This document shows, piece by piece, positions 24,677 to 36,865 of a DNA stretch of 64,000 bases. The stretch's first letter is position 1. The number at the start of each line of letters is the position of its first letter. Under the pieces are notes generated by a model, which was given only the letters and a program-made list of their open reading frames with translations, did not search any database and had not been told where the DNA came from. Position numbers and translations under genes: made by a program. Origin of the DNA: Hydrolagus colliei (taxonomy: Eukaryota); contig CM068743.1 in assembly GCA_035084275.1 (NCBI GenBank), forward strand, positions 105,524,001 through 105,588,000. Direction: 5' to 3'.

Positions 24677-25489
24677 GTGAAAAGTGGCAGCTAATTGGGC
24701 ACAGTAGAGTCTCGCAAACGGTCGTGAATTGGATGACCAAATTATTATTGTTGTTTGTTTGAGAGATTATTGTCCCCGGAAAAGCAATCTGTCAATCGAC
24801 CAACAATCGGGTTCCTATATACAGAGGTGCGTGGAGTAAGGAAACTTGCCCTACATTTCGTCCTGCAAGGAATCAAACCCAGGTCTCTCGCTTGCGAGGT
24901 GAGTGCTCTAACCACTGAGCTGCAGGATTCCACAGTTGCTAAAATAGGTCAAATGAAGAAAGAGGCAGTCTTCCTGTCACACTGCTTTCAAAATAGTTTA
25001 GATCCACTTATTATTATTTTAACAGGAGCTAATGTTATTACTATTAAAGGGACCTGGGCGTCTTGTTTCATGTGCATGTGATCCATGTGTGGACACATGT
25101 ATAAAGATATACATAGTAGTGGCTAAGTAGTGTACTTGTTACCAGAGGAATTAGATTTATCTCTTGGGAGTACATTTTATTTTGGTCAGCTGGATGTTTG
25201 ACAAATGGGGAAACTCAACACCATGCTTAATAGTCTCCAAACGCAGCCACTGGGAATTTCACATATGTCAACAAAAATTCTGTTTGTCTGGTGTGGAATG
25301 TGTACTCTTCCTTCCTGGATGCACCCTGTTTGCCTGCCATAAGAGCTGCAGGTGATGAGAGCCAAGATGTCTCAGGTCAGTAACCAACATGTTGTAATGT
25401 AACTGTATATAGACAGATGTATATGGCCTGCAATGTGCCTCTTTTAATGGTTGGTTACCAATATCTTTATATGATTGGTAGATTGCTTT

Positions 25490-25940
25490 TCTGGGGGTAA
25501 TAATTACCCCCCAAATTGGTGACTGTTTGGAGTACACTACTGTGTGCAATAGGCTGCCGCATTTTGCCCACAAATAATAAACAGTGAATTAATTTTACAG
25601 TATATTCTGTGAAGAGCTTTGAGATGTCTCGAAGACATGATAAGGTACTATATCAAATGCAAGGAATATTACAACAACAAAATTACATTTGTAGAATCGT
25701 CGGGAAGATGTCCCAAGGCGCTGAGCAGTCGGAGGTCAGGAACTGAGCATGGAGCAGTGGGGGTAAGGTTGGGTGAACAGGGTTGGGATGCGGGAGGGCA
25801 GAGAGATAGGAGGGAGGCTGAAGACACAGTCGAAAAGAAGGGTCTTGAGACTGGCCTTGAAGGAGGCAAGTGAGGGGACTGTGGAGGCAGAGAGGCTGAA
25901 AGTCCGGCCACCAATGGTAGGGCGGGTCGGGTGGGAGAAA
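25490..25940. mobile_element. Plus-strand SINE 3' half abutting a minus-strand L2 3' fragment (25672-25940)
   Basis: SINE tail ATCAAATGCAAGGA joins (CAA)n of an L2 encoding RPTIGGRTFS...SFKASLKTLLFD. Confidence 0.85.
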
Positions 25941-26204
25941 TCAAACACTGAACAGAGGGAGCATATAGTGGTTGATAGGGGGTCAGCAGATCAGAGTATT
26001 ATTACTCTCTACTAATTTAGTTGCATTATGTCCAGTCATTTCAATTTTACAAAAGGGCTGATATCGCCAGGTCCTCCCAAAGCAAACATGAATTTCCCTT
26101 GTCTGTCTGTGTGTCTGTCTAGCCTCTCCAGCTAGTTATGTCAACACTTCAATTAGCAGCATTGAAAACTTTTATTTGGCACCCGACCTGAGGTGATGCA
26201 TGTC

Positions 26205-26222
26205 TAGTGCCATCTGCTGGTA
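26205..26222 (-). promoter_or_regulatory. Candidate CTCF binding site
   Basis: Minus strand reads CCAGCAGATGGCACTA, a close match to the CTCF core CCASYAGRKGGCRSY, in non-repeat sequence. Confidence 0.55.
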
Positions 26223-26599
26223 GGAAGGGGAAGGATTATATTGCCATCTATTTTGGATGCAGTACTTTCTGTTAGCTTAGGGCAAAGAGCCAGAAGAACC
26301 ATCCAAGTATCACGCTCTTGATGAAGTAATGAATAGAGGTAGTTTTAAGCATAATTTATATCCTGTTGAAAAATAAATGAATACTAATAATCCTTGCCTT
26401 TGATGTTTTATGTCATTGAAAGGTGTCAACCTGTTTCACAGGATATTACTGTAAATTATAATAATATAAACAATAACACTTACATTTGGCATAGAGGCTT
26501 CCATTTTGGGAGGTCATCCCAAAGCACTTCAGAGGATATACTGTAGAATGTAGTGAGGTGATTTGAAACATTTCAGTATAACAGGTACTATACCAAATA

Positions 26600-27800
26600 G
26601 CTACCTCTTGGTGATGTCATTTGCAGACACGGGATAAACTTCCACATGTATGTGGATGTCATTCAAATCCTGCTCCTCATTCAACTACGATCCAGGTCTG
26701 CTGATGTTCTGTTGGCTTCTGTGGCAGACATCAGTGCCTGTCTCTGACCTCCTCAATCTCCCCAGCCCTCAGACTCAACAAACTGGTGAGCAACCTAAGC
26801 ATCAGGTTCGACCCATAGCTGTCCTTCCTTCTCCACATTCGGTCCCTAACCAGTACCATCTTCCTCCACATCCACCACATTGCCCACCTCAACTGTTCCT
26901 TATGCCAGACACAGCTGAAACACTTGTCTATGCGTTTGTCATCTCCCAACTCGACTTTTCAAACACCCTCTTCCCTGCTCCACCATGTATAAGTACCTGG
27001 AGTCCTGCAGATCAGTGGTTAGAGCACTCACCTTGCAAGTGAGAAACCTGGATTCAATTCCACATAGGGCAAAACCTTAGGCAAGTTTCCTTACTCTACA
27101 CGCCTGATAATAATCCCTCAAAAAAAAATCAATTGGTTATTTCAATCCATGACTATTTGTGGCACACTGCTGTATGCATTTGCTGCTGTGCTTCACCCAC
27201 AAATATACAGTCAATTCACTTTAAAGAATATTCTGTGAAGCGCTTTGAGATGTCTAGAAGACGTGAAAAGCGCTATATTTAAATTCAAAGATTATTATAA
27301 TAATAAAAGAATGAAGGTAGCCCAGCTCCACAATGCACAAGTTACAGCAAATCCAATACTTCATCACCCACATACTCACCCATACTAAACTCTGTATCCT
27401 CATCACACCACTTCTTGCCAGGCTCCACTGCTTCTACTATCGCTGAACAGATCAAATTCAAGATCCTCACACTCGTTTTCAAATCCTTTCATGCCTTGGC
27501 ACATCCATACCGCTCCAACTAGCTTACCTCCGATCCTAACACTCACTATCTCCACTTGACTAAATTTAGTCTTCTGCATGTCCCTCATGCCCACTGTTCC
27601 ACCATCTGTGGCCCCACTTTCAGATACTATGTCCCAAAACTTTGGAACACTCTTTCTCTATCCCTCCATCTTGCCCATCAGTGCCTTGGGACGTCCTCCC
27701 GACATGAAAGGCGCTATACAAATGTAATTTTGTTGTTGTTGTTGCCCCTCCTGTCCCCATGTTCAGGTCATGGAAGACCTTCTTTTTGCCTGTGCCTACA
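26600..27800 (+). mobile_element. Degenerate L2 3' region interrupted by a full SINE (26997-27305) and a short L2 tail (27678-27745)
   Basis: AETLVYAFVISQLDFSN before the SINE and [12 protein letters not shown]...PKLWNTL after it; the SINE has A/B boxes and an (ATT/ATA)n tail. Confidence 0.8.
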
Positions 27801-28947
27801 GTCTCCTCCTCTGGCTTGACATCGTGCTCCGCCACTATCAATTACTCTGGGACACAATGTGGGGTGCTAAATAAATTCAAGTTGTTCTTACAAGAATTAT
27901 TAACTATCATGAAATGATAATTATGCCTATGAAAATTACAAATATTAACAACTATCCTCACTATACTGGGAATTTTTTGAAAAAAACAAGATCTGCAAAG
28001 CATTATTGAATTGGAAAAAGTCCAATTTTTTCCTTGTATCACAATTTCTGACTGGTCCAGATATCTCCAATCTGGATCTAGCCTTTTTTCTATTTAATTT
28101 TTAATGAATAAGCTTTTAATTAACACTAACAAAACCAAACGTAAAATGTGGGGAATGAGCCAGTCAAATTCTCTGTATTCCTCTGTAGCTGGGTTCTTTG
28201 CTGAGTGCTCTTCTGAAGCAGCTAGCCTTTTGTCTCTCTTTAATTCCTCTATTGTTTTGAGGATATGTAGAAAGGCCTTCATTCTTTTATCAGGTACTTT
28301 GCAGGAGGATTGCAACAATCTCCCTCATTTTCCCTGCCGCAGAAGTTTTGAAGCCACATAAAACCCAAGTGATGACGTTGAGATTAAACAGGTTACTGTG
28401 GAGGTGCAAACTCACTGCAAATGTGTTTCACCAACAACAATAAGCGGTAGCAATGGAGAATAGATGACAGACAATAGACTCGGTTGTTTGTTCAATAATG
28501 ATGTTTGTGGGGGTCAGTAATCACCAATAGCCACATTTAACCATTAATCGTCAACACTGACACAAAACAGAGCAATTGTATCTCAACGAACAGGATAGAC
28601 AAGCTAACCGATCTGTTCCTGTTCTCCTAACTTTTCCGAAATGAACTGCAGTCTGTTTTGCTACTGTGGAATATGATTCTTGATCAACTGATGGGACAAT
28701 AGTGCATGCATTGTCTGCATAGAATGAATAGATGGTGCAAAAAGGATACATAACATGTGACCATGCACACCAATGCTACCATTTAATTACTGTGATTTGA
28801 AGAGACTGTGTATTTGCAGGTGAATAAATCGCTCAAATTATTATCTCATGTGAAGGGCTCTATATAAATGCAAGCTTCTTGTTGTTGAATAAAGCAACTA
28901 ATTGGGAAAGAGCAATGCCCCACAAACAGTTACGAAGTGAAAGACAA

Positions 28948-29046
28948 GCAGCATCTATGGAGAAAAATAGATGCTGCCTGACCTGCTGAGTGTTCCTACT
29001 GATTTCTGTTTTTGTTTCAGATTTCCAGCATCTGCAGTATTTTGCA
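28948..29046. mobile_element. Second fragment of the same Penelope-like terminal repeat family
   Basis: Shares ATGCTGCCTGACCTG.TGAGT...TTCTGTTTTTG with 3711-3754 and is the reverse complement of 3592-3630; perfect 10-bp hairpin GCAGCATCTA/TAGATGCTGC; hammerhead core absent. Confidence 0.7.
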
Positions 29047-29742
29047 GGGTTTTTTTGTGAAGCAAAATACTTTGTTTACCTCTTTGGTGGGTAGGTAAAC
29101 ATGGTCTCCTAGGAACCGAACTGGCACCAAGGTAACAGGCTTGGCAATGCAATTTCGGAATCAGGTCGGACTTCTGCTACAGGTCTTGATAGTCCAGATC
29201 CTGAGCCAGGTAGAGCCAGCCATAGTATACCAGGACACTGCTGATGACAACACAGCCAGACTGGCTCATCAGCAAGACTTGGAAGAGCAGACTAGTCTCA
29301 AAGGATAGATATCATCCCCTAAGCTCCTGTGAATCCTGCAAGCCAAAAACCTAACGGATAGGGTGGACCTCGCTGGGTGGACATCTACTGGTATGTCTGG
29401 TATTTACTACATCAATCAGTTTGTAAGTAAATACCAGGTAATAAAACAGAAAATTATAAGGGTGCTACGAAGAGAATAATGTTATTCCATTTAAATTGGC
29501 AGGATGTTTCACTTATACTACAATAATAATCTTCCTCTTGCTTGTTTATATTTAGAAAAATATATTTTGTATATTTCTACAGATAAATTTCTCAGTTAAG
29601 TCTTTCTTACTTTCCTGGAATCACGAGTAGAAGTGAACCGATAGAGCTGGCTTATAGAAACTGATCCCAGGATGATGTCTATAAGCGTTTCAATACGAAA
29701 CAGATAAGATGAAGGATGGAGGCCTAGGTACAATACAGATGA

Positions 29743-31200
29743 CAACAACAACTTGCATTGAAAAGCGCCCTCCACTCTAGGCGGCGTCTCAGAGCGCTAA
29801 ACAATGTCGGAGCCTGAGCTAGGGGGAGAGGGAAGGTGACCGGAAGTACGGTTGAAGAGAAAGATCTTCAGACATGATCTAAGATAGGGAAGGAGGGGGC
29901 GAAGCAGAGGAGATGAGGGAGGGAATTCAGGGAGGACGGAACCGTGGGACAGAAGACTTCAACAAGAGCCAAAAAGTATGTTAATTTTTAACTGCAGGAA
30001 ATTTGCGCTCATCCAGCTCTTGATGTCTGACAGAAGAAGCTGACAGAACATTAGAAGTCTGGGGGTTGCAACTGGAGGTAGAAAAGTAGAGTTGGGTGTC
30101 ATTTGCATACATGTGGAAGTTAACCCCATGTCCGAGGATGATATCACTGAGAGGGAGCGAGTAGATGCAGAAGAGAAGGGGACCAACTTGGGGATTCTTG
30201 GGGTAGGATTCGATCCAAGCGAGTGCAGTCCCACTGAGGTGGATGATAGAGTACAGGCAGTGGAGGCGGATGGCATGATCGACTGTGTCGAATGCGGCGG
30301 AGAGGTCCAACAACAATTTACATTTAAATAGTGCTCTCCACACCGGGCTGCGTCTCAGAGTGCTTCTCGGTGGCAGAGCCCGAGGCCTAAGATAGGTCTT
30401 CAAGTGAGACCTGAAGATGGGAAAGGATGGGGCAAGGTGAAGGTGTTGAGGAAGAAAATTCCAAAGTTTCTAAGCTTAGTGGCTGAAAGCCTGGCCGCCG
30501 ATGGTGGAGCAGAAGATTTAGGGGAAAAGGAGGAAGCCAGACGCAGTAGAGAGGAGGCAGCAGGTATTACTGTGCGTCCAGGAGGACGAGAAGGCAGTGG
30601 GAGCCCTGGACACAGATAGACAGGACATTATTTGTGACTTTCATGAGTGATGTCTCTATACTGTGGGCAGGGCAAAAGCCAGACTGAAAGGGTTCAAGTA
30701 GTGTGTAGAGGGAGAGGTATATGCGAAATTGCTGGCAACAACGCGTTCCAGAACTTTAACAAGGAAGAGCAGGTTTGAGAAAGGGGGTTAATCTTTTAAG
30801 GGTGGGTATGATCCACGTGGTTTGATGGTGCAGTGGAACTGATCCTGAGGAAAGGGACTGGTTAATGATGTCTACCAGCAGTGGGCAGGTGAGAGGGAGC
30901 TGAGTGATCAGCAGTTGGGGGTGAGGGATTCTACGCAGCAGGGGTAGGTTTCAATGTGGTGATGGTAGATGAGACGGAGAAAGGAGAGATGGGGCAAATG
31001 ACTGGGCAGGGAGGAGAAGAGAAGCCATTGGAGGAAATGATGAGTGATGATATTGAGACAAGTAGTGGATCACAAGAAGTTGGGTTGTGGATGAGAAACT
31101 TTGGACAATAGAATAGTCGACAATGTCAATGGCGGCAGAGTGATCGAGGAGTGACAGTGAACTCTGTTTGTGGACCATTGTTTGCAGATTACTTTTGACC
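29743..31200 (-). mobile_element. Nested and fragmented L2 LINE remnants
   Basis: Minus strand LLDLSAAFDTVDH and GVNFHMYAND; two family A tails at 29743 and 30309; upstream ORF2 remnant at 30600-31200. Confidence 0.8.
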
Positions 31201-31259
31201 AGACCCAGAGAAAAGTGACACAAGTGATAACTTTGTGTTCTGAGTAATGTAGTTAGATT

Positions 31260-32150
31260 CATAGAACTGAACCCATTTACATCAGAGAAAAAAAGACAGA
31301 GGAGATGTGATCCATGTCTTTAAAATACCGAGAGAAATGAACCATGTAGATACAAATAGGTTATTTAATTTTGATTGTGAGCAAATTAACCAGAGGACAT
31401 GAGCTAAAAAAACTTAATGAGTCTAAAACAAGATTGAGATTGGAAGGATTTTTTTTCCCTGAAGTGTTGTGGATATGCAGAAGAGATTCACAGCTAAACT
31501 AATTAACTCCTTGAAAAAAGAACTGGATGACTGTCTATTTAGGAATAGGACTAAGATCTATTAGAATATGTGTGAACGGGACATGATTCTGCATGAGGAG
31601 CCAGGACTGTGGTAATGTTATGCAAAGAAAATTAATATACAGACAGACATGTGTGCTACAGTCCTATGAGAAATAGATTCACTAGGTTGTTACCTGGGAT
31701 GAGGGGGATGAGCTATGAGGATAGGTTGAGCAATTTAGGCCTATATTCTCTAGAATATAGAAGAATTAGAGGTGATTTTATAGAAACCTATAAGATTATT
31801 AAGGGGCACGAAAGAGTAGATAGTGGGAGACTGTTACCCTTGGCTGGAAAAACTATAATCAGCAGTGACAGTCTTAAAATTAGGGGTCAGCCCTTTCGCA
31901 CTGAGTTGAGGAAAAACTTCTTCACTCAAAGGGTAGTGAATTTATGGAATTCTCTACACCAAATCGCTGTAGATGTTCAGTCGTTGAACATATTCAAGAC
32001 TGAGATTGATAATTTCTTGTGGATAAAGGGATGGGGATAAGGTGGGTAGGTGGAGTTAGATTAGAAGATCAGCCATGATTTTATTGAATGGCGGGGCAGG
32101 CTCAGGGGGCCGAATGGCCTACTCCTGCTCCTAATTCTTACGTTCTTATA
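31260..32150 (+). mobile_element. Two CR1 LINE 3' fragments (old 31260-31600; younger 31665-32150)
   Basis: RFTRLLPGMRGMSYEDRL..LGLYSLE.RRIRGD...FFTQRVVNLWNSL; GGGCCGAATGGCCTACTCCTGCTCCT terminus. Confidence 0.9.
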
Positions 32151-33898
32151 AAAGTCTTAAATAACATTCCATTTAATGAAGAAAATTTGCTGTTCAGATT
32201 ATCCTGCCATAGTGGCTGAAAGGGGAAGAATTGGGACAGATGTGTGTAACAGAGTTCTTAAAAATGCAAAGGCATTCATGTGGCAGCTGCAAATTTTTGG
32301 AATCGGACTTACTTCACTCTGTGTATTAAATTGACAACCCTTGATAGAAAGCATGTGACGTGCAGTATAAAATGCTTCCTTACATATACTCAGCTATCCC
32401 TCACTGTGTTGCCTCCTAACCTGATCTGATCATTCTCTCTGCAGCCCAACCACCACACAGTTTAAAATATCTGAGCCACATATTCTTTACCTCAGAAGAG
32501 TTTTGTACACAATAATTATATCATTAATCTGCTAATGTAACAGGGATTTAGGAGGTTATTGTCACAATCACTTTGTGTTTCCCAAAACAAAATCCACTGC
32601 AAATGATGAAGGACTTTGCCTAGGTTTGTTTGCCCGCTGTTGAAAACCAACAGATTGGTTTAATTAATTGGCCTATGTTTCTGTACAACAATGTCCTAAT
32701 TCTGTCAGTGTGTTAGCATATCTTACTTGTTCTTATCTTTTCTACCAGATTCTTGCAAACATTTATTTATTTAATCTCCATGAGGATAAAATGAAGTGTA
32801 GGTAAAAACGTTATCATATTGCGAACTAAACAAAGTGCAGTCATTTTCAATGACTGTCCAGTTTTACTTCACTCATGTATCGTTATTCGGTTTATATTTA
32901 CAAATATATGTGTACTATATAAATGTATAAAATGTGTTGAAAGCTGGCAGGACTAGTATACTACGTCTGCAGGAAGTGTATGAAAGACTTGAGAAGTAAG
33001 TCCAGAGTAAGGCTGGATTATGAAACAGACCTTCTGTGGTAAAATCTTATAATAAATGAAAAAAATTATAAAGCAAAAATAACTTTCACATTTGAAATAG
33101 TACCTGGAACTCTAAAACACCTCAAAACGCTTCACAGTAATTATTGCTGAATATAGGACAACCCCACTAAAACATTTCTCACTAAAGTGGGAGACCACTT
33201 ATAACCTGAGGGTTTGTGTTACTGTACACTTACTGCTTCTGAGATCGACGAGCTGGATTCTTGTACTGCCCAGAGGAAGCTATCGATCGGTCATAATTAC
33301 TCCCACAAGCACTTCTAGAGAGAGGGTGAAACTGACTGACCAGCTTCCTATGTGCTGGAAGCCAGAAGTGATGTCTTTGATGATCTGATGACCCAGATGT
33401 GGTACTGGCAGCCATGTTTCCTTTGCAGACTGATGATAATGCAGTGTCTCATTTTATGGACTGAAAACACTGCATTATAACATTGTTGTCCGTAATCACA
33501 TCACTCACACCCTCGCCCATCTTTACAGGCTCCCCATCTCCCAATGGGTCGAATTCAAGATCCTCGTCCTCACATTCAAGGCCATTCACAGCCTTGCCTC
33601 CGCACACTTCAAAACACCAGTTTAATAGAGTGAATCAACAGCCAGGTGTAGTTTCCACCCCAATGGTTTGGAGATCTCATTTAACTGAAGGATCAGTTGA
33701 GAGGCTGATCTTATTGAGGAGGCAAGCTGGATACAATTGTTATGACAATGATGATGGCCAATGCAATGATGTTATTTGGATGACACTGAGATTTTATTAA
33801 CGCTCTGCAGGATCTCACGAATGATGAATTTCTAGCAGATCCTGTAAATAACAAAGACTTTGAGTAATCTATCAAGTATTTTTTTTTCTCTTGTGTAG

Positions 33899-34105
33899 GG
33901 GGCCAGCTTTGGTGCACGACAACGAAAATGCTATCGGAGGGCGAGGAGCTGATTGCATTTGCTGTGGAATTTGACTCAAGACTGCAAGCTGTCAGCCAAA
34001 TGGCCATCACGGAGGGCATGTATCCAGCTCGCCTACTCGATACAATACAGCTGCTCCCCCAGCAAGCAGCCATGGCATCTATTTTACCTACAGCAATTGT
34101 CAATA
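33899..34105 (+). CDS. ZFPM2: ZFPM2/FOG2 internal coding exon (equivalent to mammalian exon 6), C-terminal part of the PR-like domain
   Basis: Pyrimidine tract plus AG at 33897-33898 and GTAAG donor at 34106; 207 bp, phase 1/1. Encodes (G)[68 protein letters not shown], recognisable FOG2 sequence. Confidence 0.96.
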
Positions 34106-35163
34106 GTAAGTTTTTAAAAAATTAAATCTGCTTTTTTAAATTAAAAAATGACTTGCTTATGTTTTTTGATTAAAAAAAAGCAAAATGAACACATGTAAGA
34201 AGAAATATTCAGGGCAAGTGGACTTTAAGACTGTTCTTAAAAATATTGAATGCTGGGTGGGGTGTAGTTGCCAATTCATAGGAGCTGTTTAGAGCAGAGA
34301 AATAATTGTTTAGTTCTTGCACCAATCTACAAGGAACTTCATACACTTAGCAAAGTCATGACTTCTTGCCTCATAGCATCATGCTAAGAATTTGGCAATT
34401 AAGCTGATGAACTTCAGCCTGTAACTTTAATACTATTGATGCAAAGTTAGGAGGGCCATTGATACCCTGAAATAAGACTACAGGCATATCACGTGTACCT
34501 CATCAATTTTCTCCACTCATCTGTCAAGCACAAACTGTGGTGTAAATTATTTAGCTCACAAATTCTTTTATACTCTACCCTGCATTTGACATGTTATGCT
34601 TTGTATGATCTCCCAAGTCTGTGAAGTTCTTCTTATAGTAGCATTGTCTCCATGGAAAACAAATCTGACAAACCATTTATTATTGGGAACATGGGAAGGG
34701 CCAGAATAGCCATGGTTCTCATTTTTGTTACTTTATAATGTGCAAGTAACATGATAATGCACTTCAAAGTGAGTTATATCATGTTACCAAAAATATAAAA
34801 AAACAAGAGTTGGCAAATCATCTTCTAGCAATGCTAATGTCCCTTTCTTTTAAGGCAGGCAATGAAATCTAAAGGCATAAAAATTTACCTGATTTGGGGG
34901 TTTTAAGAAGTTTTAAGATCACTGTGTATTTTCTCCCTGTGTTACTTCCGGTTCTTGCAGTTGATGATGTGTTGATGTTTATTTCAAATGGAAACCAATA
35001 TGAACACGATGGTCTAAATGCCTTCAGTGCTGTCATTCCTGTGATTTATAAGTAACCTCATTGAAGGAGAGACTATTTGTCTAAAGTTAATGCTACATAG
35101 GAGACCAATTTAGAGGAATAATGGAATTGAAAACACAGAGGTTCACATTGGGATTCACTACTA

Positions 35164-35755
35164 CAACAACAACAACAACTTCGATTTATATAGCGCCCTC
35201 CACGCCGGACGGCGTCTCAGAGCGCTTCACAATAGCGGATCCCGGGACCGAGCCAGGGGCAGGGGCAGGAAGGTGACCAAAAGCTCGGTCAAAGAGAAAG
35301 GTCTTCAACTGTGACCTGAAACTGGGAAGAGAGGGGGCGAGGCGAAGCAAGTGAGGAAGGGAGTTCCAGAGCCTCGGGTCGTAGTGGCTAAAGGCACGGC
35401 CGCCGAGGGTGGAGCGGAGGACTCGGGGGACATGGAGGAGGCCAGACCCAGAGGAGCGAAGGCAGCGGGTGCTGGGTTGTGGGGAGAGGAGATCAGAGAG
35501 ATAGGGGGGTGCAGAGGAGTGGAGGGATTTGAAAACAAGGGTGAGGATCTTGAAGTCGATCCTCTCTGGGATAGGGAGCCAGTGAAGTCTGGCAAGGACT
35601 GGGGTAATGGGGGAGCGAAGCTTAGAGCGGGTGAGTATGCGGGCGGCAGAGTTTTGGATAAGCTGGGTTTTGTGGATTGTGGTGGAGGGGAGACCGGCGA
35701 GGAGGGCATTGAAATAGTCCAGCCGAGAGGTGGCAAAGGCGTGGACCAAGGTTTC
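35164..35755 (-). mobile_element. Young L2 LINE 3' fragment (family A) in the ZFPM2 intron between 34105 and 36641
   Basis: 187-aa uninterrupted frame [16 protein letters not shown]...LHWLP...LWNSLP...LKTFLF; CpG-rich; (GTT)n tail. Confidence 0.95.
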
Positions 35756-35885
35756 ACTAACAGTGACTCTGAGGCACTATCATGGAATCACATGAGTAAC
35801 TGTTAGTACATCTTTGGCAAGATCTACTAATAGTGCTTCAGAGCAGAGATCCTAGAAACTCACCCGCAGAATTTTTTGTTAATCA

Positions 35886-36090
35886 TTAATAATAATAATA
35901 ATAATAATCCTTGCATTCGATATAATGCTTTTCACATCTTCTAGATGTCTCAAAGCACTTCACAGAATATGCTGTCAAGTGAATTGACTTCGTGTTTGCA
36001 GGTGAAATGCAGCAGCCAATTGCATACAGCAGTGTCCCATAAACGGTCCTCGATTGATTGATCAAATTATTATTATTATTATTATTATTA
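35886..36090 (-). mobile_element. Deu-type SINE 3' half
   Basis: (AAT)n followed by the reverse complement of the SINE tail and body. Confidence 0.85.
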
Positions 36091-36640
36091 ACTCTGTGTG
36101 GCTCATAATTTCTGGGGAGAAATTCTCGCAGGGCTAGATTTACTCCTAATACATTTTGGCGCATCCAGAATTAGGAAATTAACTTTCCTTTGTTCTTAAA
36201 AGAAACAAAAAATGATTTCAAAACTGAGGTTGTGTTTAATAATTTACCCTGTTTGGGACACTGAAATGGTATGTTAACATAGTAAATATAGACCCAGCTG
36301 GAATTGATGAGCCACTCAGAGTTAATAATAATAATAATAATTTGGTCAGTCAGACCGATAGTTTTTAACCCCATTGTCGACAATTGAAGATTAATTTTCA
36401 ACAGTTGTTAAAAAAATGTTTTATTGATTGTCTCTTTACTTGTTGAGAAGAGATCCCAAGCAATTGTTTGTATAGGGATGTGGGGGAGGCTGGGATGGTG
36501 GGTGCGGAGGGTGAGCATGGGAATGTATTGATGTTGTATACCTTATAATTATTTTAAGCTAATAGAATTTCCATTTATGAGCTGGCCGATTTCACACATG
36601 CTATAATATATATAATATACATCTTAACTTGTCATTGCAG

Positions 36641-36865
36641 AAGACATCTTTCCATGCAAATCATGTGGAATTTGGTACCGCAGTGAACGAAACCTGCAAG
36701 CTCACCTAATGTATTATTGCAGTGGGAGACAGAGGGAAGCGTCCTCGCTATCAGAGGAGAGAGAGGCCGGTCCTCTTCAGCAACCATATATCTGTCCTTA
36801 CCCACAATGCAGCAAGAGCTTCCCCAATGCCAGGGCTCTTGAAATTCACATGAATACGCACAGTG
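36641..36865 (+). CDS. ZFPM2: ZFPM2/FOG2 internal coding exon (exon 7 equivalent), zinc fingers 1 (CCHC) and 2 (C2H2)
   Basis: TTGCAG acceptor ends at 36640 and GTAAG donor starts at 36866; 225 bp, phase 1/1. Encodes [33 protein letters not shown]...[24 protein letters not shown](G). Confidence 0.96.

Larger units (their letters stand above)
1..33898 (+). other. ZFPM2: 3' portion of a long ZFPM2 intron (upstream exons lie outside the window)
   Basis: No FOG2-like coding sequence or other host ORF seen before the acceptor at 33898; the first exon seen starts mid-codon. Long introns are typical of ZFPM2. Confidence 0.8.

Noticed and set aside
29239-29274. CTGATGA within a short hairpin (TGCTGATGA/TCATCAGCA) as a second hammerhead or a C/D snoRNA
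   Set aside because: No properly placed GAAA after a stem II and no matching D box or terminal stem; the motif is sequestered in the hairpin.
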